DNA from: Azolla caroliniana
Lineage: Eukaryota; Plantae; Polypodiophyta
Direction of reading: 5' to 3'
NCBI GenBank assembly: GCA_043228905.1
Contig: JBHGNT010000007.1
Coordinates: 15,128,001-15,192,000 of the forward strand
DNA length: 64,000 nucleotides
Both the position numbers and the translations under genes were made by a program. This document shows positions 49,096-59,635 of the stretch, piece by piece (position 1 is the first letter of the stretch; each line of letters begins with the position of its first letter). The notes below the pieces were generated by a model that searched no databases, had not been told where the DNA came from, and was given only the letters and a program-made list of their open reading frames with translations.

Positions 49096-52000
49096 GTCCA
49101 GCCAAAATAGGAGCCGTTTGGTTGGACAGCCCTAGATCTGTGCAGCCCATTAGTGGTTCCATTCCCTCTAAGCAAGTTAGTGATGTGTTCGTAGCCCAAG
49201 TAGCAGTTAGTACTAAAAGTACCCCTCCAGTACATACCTTAGCCCTTCTAGATTCCGGAGCTAATTCTTGCTTCATGGATAGGAATTTTGCCCGAGCTCA
49301 TCAGATATCTCTCAGAAAGCTCCCATGTCCAGCCTCAGTAATAGTCATTGATGGTCGTCCCATTGCTTCTGGTAATATCATAGAAGAGTCGGAACCCGTT
49401 AATATTGTCCTAGATAACTTAACATGTGTAGTATCATTTAATATTATTAGTATTCCAGAACATCCCATAGTTTTAGGATTACCATGGTTCGAGTTACATA
49501 ACCCAGACATAGATTGGAGGACAAGGGAAATCCGGTTGCGACAAACCCGAGGATCTACCCAGAAGGTTGCAACCATTTCGCTACGTCAGTTGCGTGAGGA
49601 AGGGCGCAAGGAGGAAATGTTTCTCTTCGCAATATCAGTACAACCCTCCAGCACCACCAAAGAGGAGTCCACCGTTCAACTTCCCGAGAAGTATCGTCAG
49701 TATGCTGATGTGTTCGATAAAGTACAAGCCAACACACTTCCTCATCATCGGCCGTACGATTGCACCATCGACTTACAACCGGGAAAAGAGCCGCCATGGG
49801 GGCCGATCTACAATTTGTCACCAACCGAGCTAGAAGTCCTTCGAGCCTATATAGAGGAGAATTTGGAGAACGGTTTCATTCGGCATTCGAAATCTCCAGC
49901 CGGCGCACCCATTTTCTTCGTCAAGAAAAAAGATGGCTCGCTTCGACTCGTTGTAGATTACCGTGGCTTGAATAAGGTCACAGTAAGAAATAGGTATGCT
50001 CTTCCCCTTATCTCAAGTCTTTTAGAACGGATCAACGGTGCCAGGTTCTTCACGAAGATCGACTTACGAGGAGCCTATAACCTCGTACGGATCCGACCAG
50101 GAGATGAATGGAAGACCGCGTTTCGCACCAGATATGGGCACTTCGAGTATACGGTCATGCCGTTCGGACTCACTAATGCGCCGGCAGTCTTCCAGCACAT
50201 GGCGAATGATATATTTCGAGATCTCTTGGATGATTTTTTGATCATCTATTTGGATGATCTACTGGTTTATTCAAAGACCCAAGAAGAACATGATTCTCAT
50301 GTACTATTAGTACTAAAACGACTTCGAGAACATGGTCTGTATGCAAAGTTAGAGAAATGTAGTTTCGGGTGCAACCAAGTGGAATTTCTCGGCTATGTCA
50401 TCTCCTCAGAAGGCATATCCATGGACCCATCCAAGGTCAAAACGGTGATAGAATGGCACACTCCGCGTTCGGTGCGGGATGTGCAATGCTTCCTAGGCTT
50501 TGCAAATTTTTACCGGAAGTTCATACAAAATTACTCAAAAATTGTGCTGCCTCTCACACAGCTCACCAGGAAGGGACAATCATTCATTTGGTCTAAAGAG
50601 ACGGACATGGCTTTCGAGAGTCTTAAGAAGGCGTTTACATCAGCTCCAATTTTAGGTCATGTGGATCCGGAAAAACCATTCATTATCGAAGCTGACGCAT
50701 CGGATTTCGCATTGGGGAGCATTCTGTCACAACAGGGTAACGACAAGAAGCTACATCCTGTGGCTTTCCACTCCCGTAAGTTTGACGCCGCCGAAATCAA
50801 CTACGAAATTCATGATAAAGAGCTATTAGCAATAGTTGATTCTTTTATGCAATGGAGGCATTTCCTGGAGGGATCTCCTCATCAGGTCACTGTATTCAGT
50901 GACCACAAGAACCTTGCCTACTTTCAAGATGCTCGTGTACTGAATCGACGTCAAGCTCGGTGGGCCCACTTCCTCACACGCTTCGACTTCAAAATTACAT
51001 ATCGTCCGGGGAAGCACCAAGGGAAGGCAGATGCATTATCACGGCGTTCGTATCTAACACCACGTCCCGGTGAGCCAGCCTTCGATAACCAGAAGCAAGT
51101 AATCTTGGGTCCAGCACGACTGCAAGCAGCACAGGTCTTTGACATGCCCGTGGATTCCGACATTATCAATACTATACGTGAGGACTTGAAGACTGACGCT
51201 TTCGCCCAAGCTATACTAGCACAAATTGACCCCTCTCGAGCGTCATGTTCACAATCACAATCACCAGGTACGGATTATCGGCAATTCAAATACTGTGATG
51301 GATTACTCTTCTTTAAAGAACTTTTGTATGTTCCTAATGGTTCTTGCCGCCTTCGAGTAGTACAAAACTGCCATGACACATATACAGCAGGACATTTTGG
51401 TAGTACTAAAACATTAGATTTAGTACAACGATCATTCTGGTGGCCCCGTATGCGACAATTTGTCGAAGATTTTGTTCGGACTTGCGATACATGCTGCAGA
51501 GCGAAAATGCCAAGACATCATCCATATGGTTTATTAGAACCATTACCAATTCCAAGCAAGCCATGGCAATCCATTGCTCTTGACTTCATTACAGATCTTC
51601 CAGTCTCTAAGGGATTCAGTGCGATTCTCACAGTGGTGGATCGATATACGAAGATGGCTCATTTCTTACCATGTACTAAAGAAATATCTAGTGAAGACAC
51701 CGCCGAAATTGTCATGCGGGAAGTATGTCGGCATCACGGACTCCCTGATAATATCATCAGCGATCGTGGACCCCAGTTTGTGTCAAAATTCTGGAAGCAC
51801 CTTTTTAAAATGCTGAAGGTCACTTGTAACCTCTCCTCCGGCTACCACCCACAAACCGACGGTCAAGCCGAACGAACAAATCAAACACTGGAGCAGTATC
51901 TGCGGTGCTTTCTCAACTATCATCAGAATGATTGGGCAGATATTCTTCAGTTCGCCGAATTTGCCTATAATAACGCTATCCACGCATCGACTAAAGTCAC

Positions 52001-52679
52001 GCCATTCTACGCTTATACGGGATATCATCCCCGGTGGTGTGTCCTTGAAACCCCAGAAGTGTCCACAAATCCTTGCGCGGAGGATCGTTTGGAGCGGTTA
52101 CGCAAGATACAAGCGGATTTATCCACTCAACTCCAGCAAGCTCAACAATCACACAAGGACTACGCAGATCGTCATCGACTTCCATCCAGTTTTAACATTG
52201 GAGATCGGGTGTGGCTGCTACGACGACACATCAAGACTACTCGCCCATGTGAGAAGTTGGATTATCGGCGATTAGGTCCTTTCCGTATTATCGGGAAGAT
52301 TAATGATGTCGCTTTTCGTCTCGAGCTACCTCCGCAACTTCGGATACATCCGGTGTTTCATAGTTCTCTCCTCGAACCCTATCACGAGAGCACTATCCCA
52401 GGACGTACTATACAACCACCACCTCCTATCGAGCTCGAAGATGGACCTGAGTATGAGGTCGCTGCCATCCTCGATTCCAAGATTGTTCGCAACAAGCTCT
52501 ACTATCTAGTCGATTGGCTAGGATATAGTCCCAGCGAGCGTACTTGGGAACCGATCGAGAATGTGACCAATGCTCGTGCTCTTCTAGAAGACTTCCATCG
52601 ACGATACCCCGAGAAACCGGGTCCTCAATCTAAAACGACTCGTGGAACTCGTCGTTTTAAACGGGGGGTAGTGTCATAA
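49083..52679 (+). CDS. pol: Pol (PR-RT-RH-IN-chromodomain), in the -1 frame relative to gag
   Basis: ALLDSGA, YLDDLL, EADASD, HDTYTAGH..CDTC, SDRGPQF, GPF, YEVAAILDS..YLVDWLGY..TWEP; frame open from 49068. Confidence 0.95.
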   Translation, partial: VKRLSPAKIGAVWLDSPRSVQPISGSIPSKQVSDVFVAQVAVSTKSTPPVHTLALLDSGANSCFMDRNFARAHQISLRKLPCPASVIVIDGRPIASGNIIEESEPVNIVLDNLTCVVSFNIISIPEHPIVLGLPWFELHNPDIDWRTREIRLRQTRGSTQKVATISLRQLREEGRKEEMFLFAISVQPSSTTKEESTVQLPEKYRQYADVFDKVQANTLPHHRPYDCTIDLQPGKEPPWGPIYNLSPTELEVLRAYIEENLENGFIRHSKSPAGAPIFFVKKKDGSLRLVVDYRGLNKVTVRNRYALPLISSLLERINGARFFTKIDLRGAYNLVRIRPGDEWKTAFRTRYGHFEYTVMPFGLTNAPAVFQHMANDIFRDLLDDFLIIYLDDLLVYSKTQEEHDSHVLLVLKRLREHGLYAKLEKCSFGCNQVEFLGYVISSEGISMDPSKVKTVIEWHTPRSVRDVQCFLGFANFYRKFIQNYSKIVLPLTQLTRKGQSFIWSKETDMAFESLKKAFTSAPILGHVDPEKPFIIEADASDFALGSILSQQGNDKKLHPVAFHSRKFDAAEINYEIHDKELLAIVDSFMQWRHFLEGSPHQVTVFSDHKNLAYFQDARVLNRRQARWAHFLTRFDFKITYRPGKHQGKADALSRRSYLTPRPGEPAFDNQKQVILGPARLQAAQVFDMPVDSDIINTIREDLKTDAFAQAILAQIDPSRASCSQSQSPGTDYRQFKYCDGLLFFKELLYVPNGSCRLRVVQNCHDTYTAGHFGSTKTLDLVQRSFWWPRMRQFVEDFVRTCDTCCRAKMPRHHPYGLLEPLPIPSKPWQSIALDFITDLPVSKGFSAILTVVDRYTKMAHFLPCTKEISSEDTAEIVMREVCRHHGLPDNIISDRGPQFVSKFWKHLFKMLKVTCNLSSGYHPQTDGQAERTNQTLEQYLRCFLNYHQNDWADILQFAEFAYNNAIHASTKVTPFYAYTGYHPRWCVLETPEVSTNPCAEDRLERLRKIQADLSTQLQQAQQSHKDYADRHRLPSSFNIGDRVWLLRRHIKTTRPCEKLDYRRLGPFRIIGKINDVAFRLELPPQLRIHPVFHSSLLEPYHESTIPGRTIQPPPPIELEDGPEYEVAAILDSKIVRNKLYYLVDWLGYSPSERTWEPIENVTNARALLEDFHRRYPEKPGPQSKTTRGTRRFKRGVVS

Positions 52680-52961
52680 CTAGACTCGAACCCATAACCT
52701 TTTGTTACACGGGTCGAGACTTTACCATTAGGTTATGAATTGTAATTTGAAGGATATTATTTTCATTTAGGTTTTATTGGGAAATTGATGTATATTCCAG
52801 ATTTCTCTGGAACATTCTAGAAACTTCAGGAGTATTCCTGAAGACACTATAAAAGGAGGCGCAAGGCATTAGTTCGAACCAAATCGGTTCAACGCCAGTC
52901 TTAAGCCTTCTAACTACTGTTGTATATCTTCCTTCATATAATACATATATCTTTCGCATCA

Positions 52962-53001
<40 letters not shown>

Positions 53002-53134
53002 ACTCATTCCTTCTCTCAAAGTTCGACACCTCTCATAGTACTAATCCTTCTCTGTCTTAGTACTATTCCCCAACAATAGTACTAATCCTTCTTTTAGTAC
53101 TAATTCCTTCTCTGCCTTAATAGAGTTCCTGACA
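52672..53134 (+). repeat. 3' LTR of element E
   Basis: Same as the 5' LTR but with (CT)15. Confidence 0.97.
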
Positions 53135-55839
53135 CCCATAGACAAAATGTTAGAATTGTGAGGTACACATAAAAATACCTTATGTTCAAGGTTGAATAAT
53201 CGACATTGCCTATTATGATCGGCATTAAAACGTGCTCTATCTTGAGCAATTTTTATATTATCTCATGCAATATGCAACATATCTTGCATATCCTGAAGAA
53301 AGTTTTGTGTGCTTTGCAACTCATCATGATGTATATTAACATCAATCGAGGCTCATATAAAAGAACTATATCCCGTCGATGTATGCTTGGAGTTGTTATA
53401 AGCAAACTCTAAATTTGGGAGATAACGTTCCCATTTTATTTGTTTTGTACGAACATATGCACGAAACATTAGTGGAGCTCATGCTTAATGTAGTTTCTAA
53501 CTTATTAAAGACTTGAGTCCAGAAGTCGCTAGTAAACTTTGGATCTTGATCACTCATGATATCCATCAGTAACCCATAAAAACGAAATAGCTCATCAACA
53601 AATTGGTAAGCCAATTCAGGAGTTGGTACCATGGTTTTAGTAGCAATAAATTTGGCTATTTTAGTTAGTCTATCTACCACCACCCAGATGGCATCGTGGA
53701 CTTTTTGGGTGCGAGGAAGGCTAACAATAAAATCCATGGGTATACTTTCCTACTTACTATTGGGAATGTTGAAGGGATGTAAAAGTCCAACGACTTTAAG
53801 TTGCTTGGCTTTGTTAACCTGACATTGGTGACATTTAGTCACATAGCGATGTATGTCTGGACGTATCTTAGGCCAATAGAATTGAGTGGAGATGAGAACA
53901 AGTGTGCGATGTATTCCAAGGTGCCCTAGTGAGGGTGCATCATGGCATTAAAAAACATTTCTCTTTTTGACCTCACGCAAAATCTGGAACACAAACCTTC
54001 CCATTATGGTAGAGCAAACCGTTAACAATGTGGAAGGATTTCTTCGAGGATGTGGTGGTGTATGGTCTAGACTCAACTCTTGCCAAGTAATTCACAAAAT
54101 AACTATCATCGGGATACTTTCCTCGAAGGTGATCATAAAAATCTAATGTTATTTCAGTGAAGCTAAGCATGTTAACTACACGGATGCGACTCATTGCATT
54201 AGCGATAGTGTTCATGGAACCTTTACAATATTGTATGGAAAAATCAATGTCTTGGATTAGATTTGCCCATTGTGCCTTACAACCTTTCCAGTTTTGTTGG
54301 TCACAAAAATATTTCATGGACTCGTGGTTTGTAGTTACCACAAAACGATTTCCATAAAGATAATGGCTCCATGTCTTGAGTGCATGACTAACTGCAAATA
54401 ATCCCTTTTCTTGAACAGTATACCGACATTGAGCAGAATCAAGTTTCTTACTCTCAAATGCTATTAGTTGACCATCTTGATATAATATGCCACCTATAGG
54501 ATAATCACTTGCGTCGGTTTCAACCGAAAAAGGTTTTGAAGGGTTTGTTTAATGAAGTGAAGGAGCCTTGCACACCAGGTCCTTGATTTCTTTAAAGGAG
54601 AAGTTTCGTGTAGCATTTCGTATAATAGGTTTTCTAGACTTACGTTGTCTTAGTGTATTTCGTACACTACGTGAAAAATGTATAAAATAACCAATTGAAT
54701 AAATATGAAGAAAAAGGAAGAAATATCAAAATATATATTACATGCATAGGGTAAGATTCAAACCTTGTACTTCCTAGTTTATAATATAAAGGCTCACCAT
54801 TATATTAACACATCATAAGTGTTAAAAAATAGACATCCCAAATAGAAAGGTAACTTCACGTTATCGTGCCTTTCGGGTCCGGATCATTGCATGAGTCGGG
54901 TGGGAACCGCTGGGGTTTTGGACTAGGAGGAAAGAAAATTCTAAGGCAATTAAGAATATGAAATATATTGTAAGAAAGAAAGATATGAAAAACTCGTGAA
55001 TCCCCATGAGTATAGTGTATTAGTGAGTAGTCAAATTAAGAGAAAAAAATAGTTAGCAAATTCGTGGATCCCACGATTATATTATATTAATCAACCCTTG
55101 TAAAATAATCAACAACCTCTATGCATCTTTCTCTCTTCCTTATATAGTGTTGGAAGAGTCCAAGTTTATCACATGCAAGCATCATGCTTTTCCTATCTTT
55201 ACTTTTCATGCACACTACATGTGCATTATTAGCTTTCTATCTCATTTTTCTTTTAATTCGAGTGTTTATGCATGAATAACTTTTTGTACCATGCATGTCT
55301 AGAATATTTACATGGGATAAAGTTTAGTATAACTTTAAAATTTATAATACGCTAGTATAATGATAAGGCTTAACATTATTAACATGGAGGTGCAAGGTTG
55401 GAATCTTGCCCTATGCATATAATATATAATTTTATACTTTCTTCTATTTACAAATATGTCTCTTCATCTGGCTCTTGCCGGTTCTGCTTCATCCGGTTCT
55501 CGCCGGTTTTCTTTATCCGGTTCTTACCGGATCCTCCTTACCTGTCCTCTTTGTCCGTTTCTCACCGACTCTCACCGGCCTTCTTCATCCGGCTCTTGCC
55601 GGGTCTCCTTACCGGTTTTGGTCCTCACCGGTTCTTCCTTCCGGTTCTCACTGGGTACTCCATATCCTATCCGGAGAAACCAAAAATGTAATTTTTCACG
55701 TAGTGTGCGAATTACACTACGACACTCGCCCCCTCCGAACCCGCACATCCTCCAGTATGTGCCGAAGTCCCCGGTGCTTGCTATTCGCCTTCATCCGAAC
55801 CTTCCTCCAATTCTCCCCTTAAGTCGACTATGAGTTGTA

Positions 55840-57346
55840 ATCCACTTTCCTCACTTTCTGCATCACCGCGATCTTGGTCCGATTGTTCCTTCTAGTCAGT
55901 CTTGTCTAGGATCAAATAGTTTTCTTCTTCAGTCAGCTTCTTGAAAATCTTCACCCGTTTCCCGGCTATAGGCACTCGTAGCGTCGTTCCATCCAACTCA
56001 CATAGTCGGTAAGTTCCGTTGTCGAAAACTTTCCGAACCTCGTATGGCCCGAACCACCTTTTCACAAACTTCCGCATCGTTGTATGTTGATGATCCAAAC
56101 TACTGTCGTAGACAGTCACCCAATCTCCTTCTTCAATCTTTCGCAGTCGTAGTCGGTGCTTTGTGTCGAGTCGGCTTTTATTCCAGAATCGCGCTTCTTG
56201 TTGTCGGCATATTGCTTCCGCTATGTCTTCCGGTCTTCCCTCTAGTTATCGTATCCGGACCGCTAGTAGTTCTTCCTGGCTCATCTCTTCCTTCCACGGT
56301 AGCACTGTCCATGTCGAAATTGCGGTTTCCGTTGGCATTACCAGTGCTTGTCCGGTCATGAGTTCTGTCGGTATGTCATCGGTTACGGAGCTATGTGTCG
56401 TCCGATCCGCCCATAGTGTATACGGAAGCATCTGCGGCCAATCCTTCACCATTCCATCGCATGCCTTCGCAAGTGCTTTGACAATCGGACTATGTCCTCG
56501 TTCGATCTTCCCGTTGGCTTTTGGATTGTATGCCGTTGTCAGTGTTAACTGAACTCCATGTTTAGTGAAGAATTCCTTAGCTTTATCAGAGTCGAGTTCT
56601 CCCCGATCTGCAATCACTTGTCCTATGCACCCATACCTGCAAAACACTTCTTCCAAAAGGAATTGACATACCGTAGAACACGTTTTCCTCCGTAGCACCC
56701 AACCTTCTACTTGGTTTGTGAGATCTTCCCGAGCGAACACCAAGTACTTCTTTTGTCCGATCCCGGTTGGCATGGCTACAATATCGACCATCCATTTGAA
56801 GTTGATTGTTGGTGAGAATGTCGGATGTAACTCATCTCGGTGTCGAACTCCGGAGTAGATTTGACACTTCTCGCAGTTTTCCGTGAACTCCATTATATCT
56901 TTGTACATGTTCTTCCACCAATATTTTTGTTTGATTTTAACAAAAGTTGCCCATGTTCCTCGATGTCCAGCCCAATCGGATTCGTGAAATTCGGACATTA
57001 TCCGATTTCGTTGCTCTTTTGTCCCGACTACTCGAAGTGGTATGCCATCCGGTCTTTTCGGCTCCCTCCATAGTAATCCACTTTTCAAGAACAACTTTCG
57101 AACTTGCAGCTTCTTACTTCGGATCTCGGCTCTCTTCTCTTTATTGTCCGATGATTCCTCGATTTCTTATAGTACTTTCTCAATCCACAAGCTTTCTCCC
57201 TCATATTCTTCTTCCTGGAATTCTCGGATTACGTTCACCTGGCATATGTGCTCCGAAGCAAAGTAGTCTTCGGAAACTTCTTCATTATCGGATTCGGTTA
57301 TGTTATCTCCGAACCACGCCCTTGATAACATATCCGCTACCGCATT
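55840..57346 (-). pseudogene. Gypsy integrase (disrupted)
   Basis: NAVADMLSRA; HESDWAGH..CEKC; WMVDIVAMP; ADRGE; NGKIERGH; WFGPY. Confidence 0.9.
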
Positions 57347-58412
57347 AACACCGGGTCATTTGAAACAGGTAATATGTCGCATTCTCTTTTTCATATCTTA
57401 GTGAGATGTTAAAAAATGCCTTATTTAAGCAGAATTTCAACAAGGCACGACACATGTGTATGTGGTTTATGAAAACATAGCGAAAAAAAGAACTAACTAA
57501 TATCACGTCAACAAAATCATCCGACGTATATTCTATCTACCATGTTTTTGTCCAAATCTTAGACAGGGGTGTATTTGTCAACACAAGTATAATAGTAACA
57601 CAGGTCCTTGTGCATATTCTAAAAAGCATGCCCCATTGAATAAGTGACTTCTTCTAATTATGTGTGTATATTTAAATATAATACATCTTAAAGCAAATTG
57701 TGAACCTTGCAATTAAGAGATACTACTATGTCAAGAGAAAATTTCCATTGACACGTGATACATGACACTGTCAATGTATAAATAAACTAGTCTACAATAA
57801 CATTCCAATCATATGAGTAAATGATAGAGTATAAACTTATCTCCGATATACCCCAAATGATAAAGGAGAGTTTAGATAACATGTACACATACAAGTATAC
57901 TCAATCGAATAATAAGTCTGGTAAAGCCGTCTACTTAGGATTAGCTCTTTCATCAGGATTGTCCTCATTGGCTTCGTCAGTAGGCTAAGTTGAATTGTTA
58001 GTATGTTTAGACTCTGAAACGTCTTCTAATTCAACAAGTTGCCCTGCGTCTTCATCTATAGTTCCACAAGTTTTCTAAAAGTCATCTGGAACATCTAAGT
58101 TTTATTGATATGCTTTGCCCCAACTTCTTGGTCTTGATCAGGACAACCCCAGATACCTTGGATCTTCATTTTGATGACATTAACTTGCTCAAGGTCCTTC
58201 TCTAATGCAACAGAGTTCTTGATAATCTTTAAGGCGTATGTTTTAGTAGTACATGACAGTAGAATGAAATTGCACAGGTAACATCAAACTGAAGAATAGA
58301 ATATAACGTTAATCTAAATTGATGTAAGTTTTATATTATATACCTGTGTCAAAAAACTAATCTAAAACCCATTGAAAATTTGAAACAATAAAATTTGAAA
58401 AAATAAAAAATC

Positions 58413-59635
58413 TTGGATTTTTAATTGGAATCCAATGCGATGCACTAGATTTCAGTTGAAAATCCAAGTTTTTTTTTTTTTGTAATTTTTAAAATTTTTT
58501 CCATTAAAAAATAAAAAATGGATTTTCAGCTAAAATACTATGCACTACATTATATTTTAGTATATATAGCTAGAATCTAATGCAATGCGTTGGATTAGAG
58601 TCGAAAATCCATTTTTCTTTTTTCTTTTTCCAATGTTATTTATTTATTTATTTTCCAGATAAAAAAATAATAAACGGCTTTTCAACTGAAATCCGATACA
58701 CTACATCAGATCGTAGTCTATACAGCTAGACATTGATGCATTGCATCAGATTTTAGCTGGCAATCCTCTTTCTTTTCAATTGTTTTTCATTTTTTCAAAA
58801 AATAAATAAAAATATATTAAAAAAGTAGATTTCCAACTGAAATCTAATGCACTACATCGAATTTCAATTAAAAATCCAAATTTCTTTTAGGTTATTCATA
58901 AAACAATGAGATAATAAAAAAAAATTACATTTTCAACAAAATCTGAACCATTGAGTCGGATTTCAATTGCAAATTAATGTTTTATGAAAAAACATAAGAA
59001 AAATATTGGACTTTCAACGGAAATCCGATGCAGTGCATCGGATTTCTGTTGAAACTCAGTGATTTTGAACGGGAATCCGATGCAGTGCATCGGATTCCCA
59101 TTGAAAATCCTGTTGAAAATGATCTGTTTTCAACGGGAATCCGATGCACTGCATCGGATTCCCGTTGAAAACACATCATTTTAAATGGAAAAAATCACAA
59201 TTTGTTTATTTTTAACACTCTTTTAGAGAAAATATAAACAAATACGAAAATTTGTAAACAAACAAGAAAAAGTGGACTTTCAATGGAAATCCGATGCAGT
59301 GCATCGGATTTCCGTTGAAAATCCATTTTTTTCAATTCCTATATATTTATTTATGATAAAAACAAAAACAATTCAAAACAAATACAAAAACAAATTCAAA
59401 ATATCTGAAAAATTGGAAACAAATAAGACAAAATGGATTTTCAATAGAAATCCGATGTAGTGCATCGGATTTCTGTTGAAAGCCCATTTTTTTCAATTTT
59501 TATTTATTTATTTATGGGAAAAAGTAAAAAAAAAATAAAAAAATAAAAAAAAATATTTTAAAATATGAAAATTTGGTAACAAATAGTAAAAAGTGGACTT
59601 TCAATAGAAATCCGATGCAATGCATCGGATTTCCT
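58413..59635. repeat. Array of about 13 long palindromes separated by A/T-tract spacers
   Basis: Consensus TGGATTTTCAACGGAAATCCGATGCA-n-TGCATCGGATTTCCGTTGAAAATCCA; best copies at about 59008, 59061, 59126, 59273, 59434 and 59594. Confidence 0.9.

Larger units (their letters stand above)
47370..53134 (+). mobile_element. Intact, very recent Ty3/Gypsy chromovirus E (Tcn1/sushi-like)
   Basis: LTRs 47370-47830 and 52672-53134 identical except for one CT unit; TSD CCCAT (47365-47369 / 53135-53139); PPT GGGGGGTAG before 52672; uninterrupted gag and pol. Confidence 0.98.
47110..54645 (-). pseudogene. Old Gypsy RH-IN remnant (53135-54645 plus 47110-47369), host of element E
   Basis: Joined frame ILSMG|KCAKLAP*FCGPFNIL...HLVFHVNRLK; MDFIVSLPRT..IWVVVDRLTK, SDQDPKFTS; ETDASDY. 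Confidence 0.85.

Noticed and set aside
47932-52679. Domesticated PEG10/RTL1-like host gene
   Set aside because: Near-identical LTRs, TSD, PPT and a complete RT/IN show a mobile element.
55398-55833. Phe/Ser/Pro-rich ORFs in LTRs (also 63062-63456, 13367-13669, 47472-48048)
   Set aside because: They arise from CCGG repeats and (CT)n/(GA)n tracts within LTRs.
57442-57454. 13-bp match to the Gypsy LTR end region (AAGGCACGACACA, 63920-63932)
   Set aside because: No flanking LTR homology or PBS; treated as chance.
58413-59635. CRISPR array
   Set aside because: Repeats are full palindromes of variable quality, spacers are low-complexity and very uneven, there are no cas genes, and the context is eukaryotic TE DNA.
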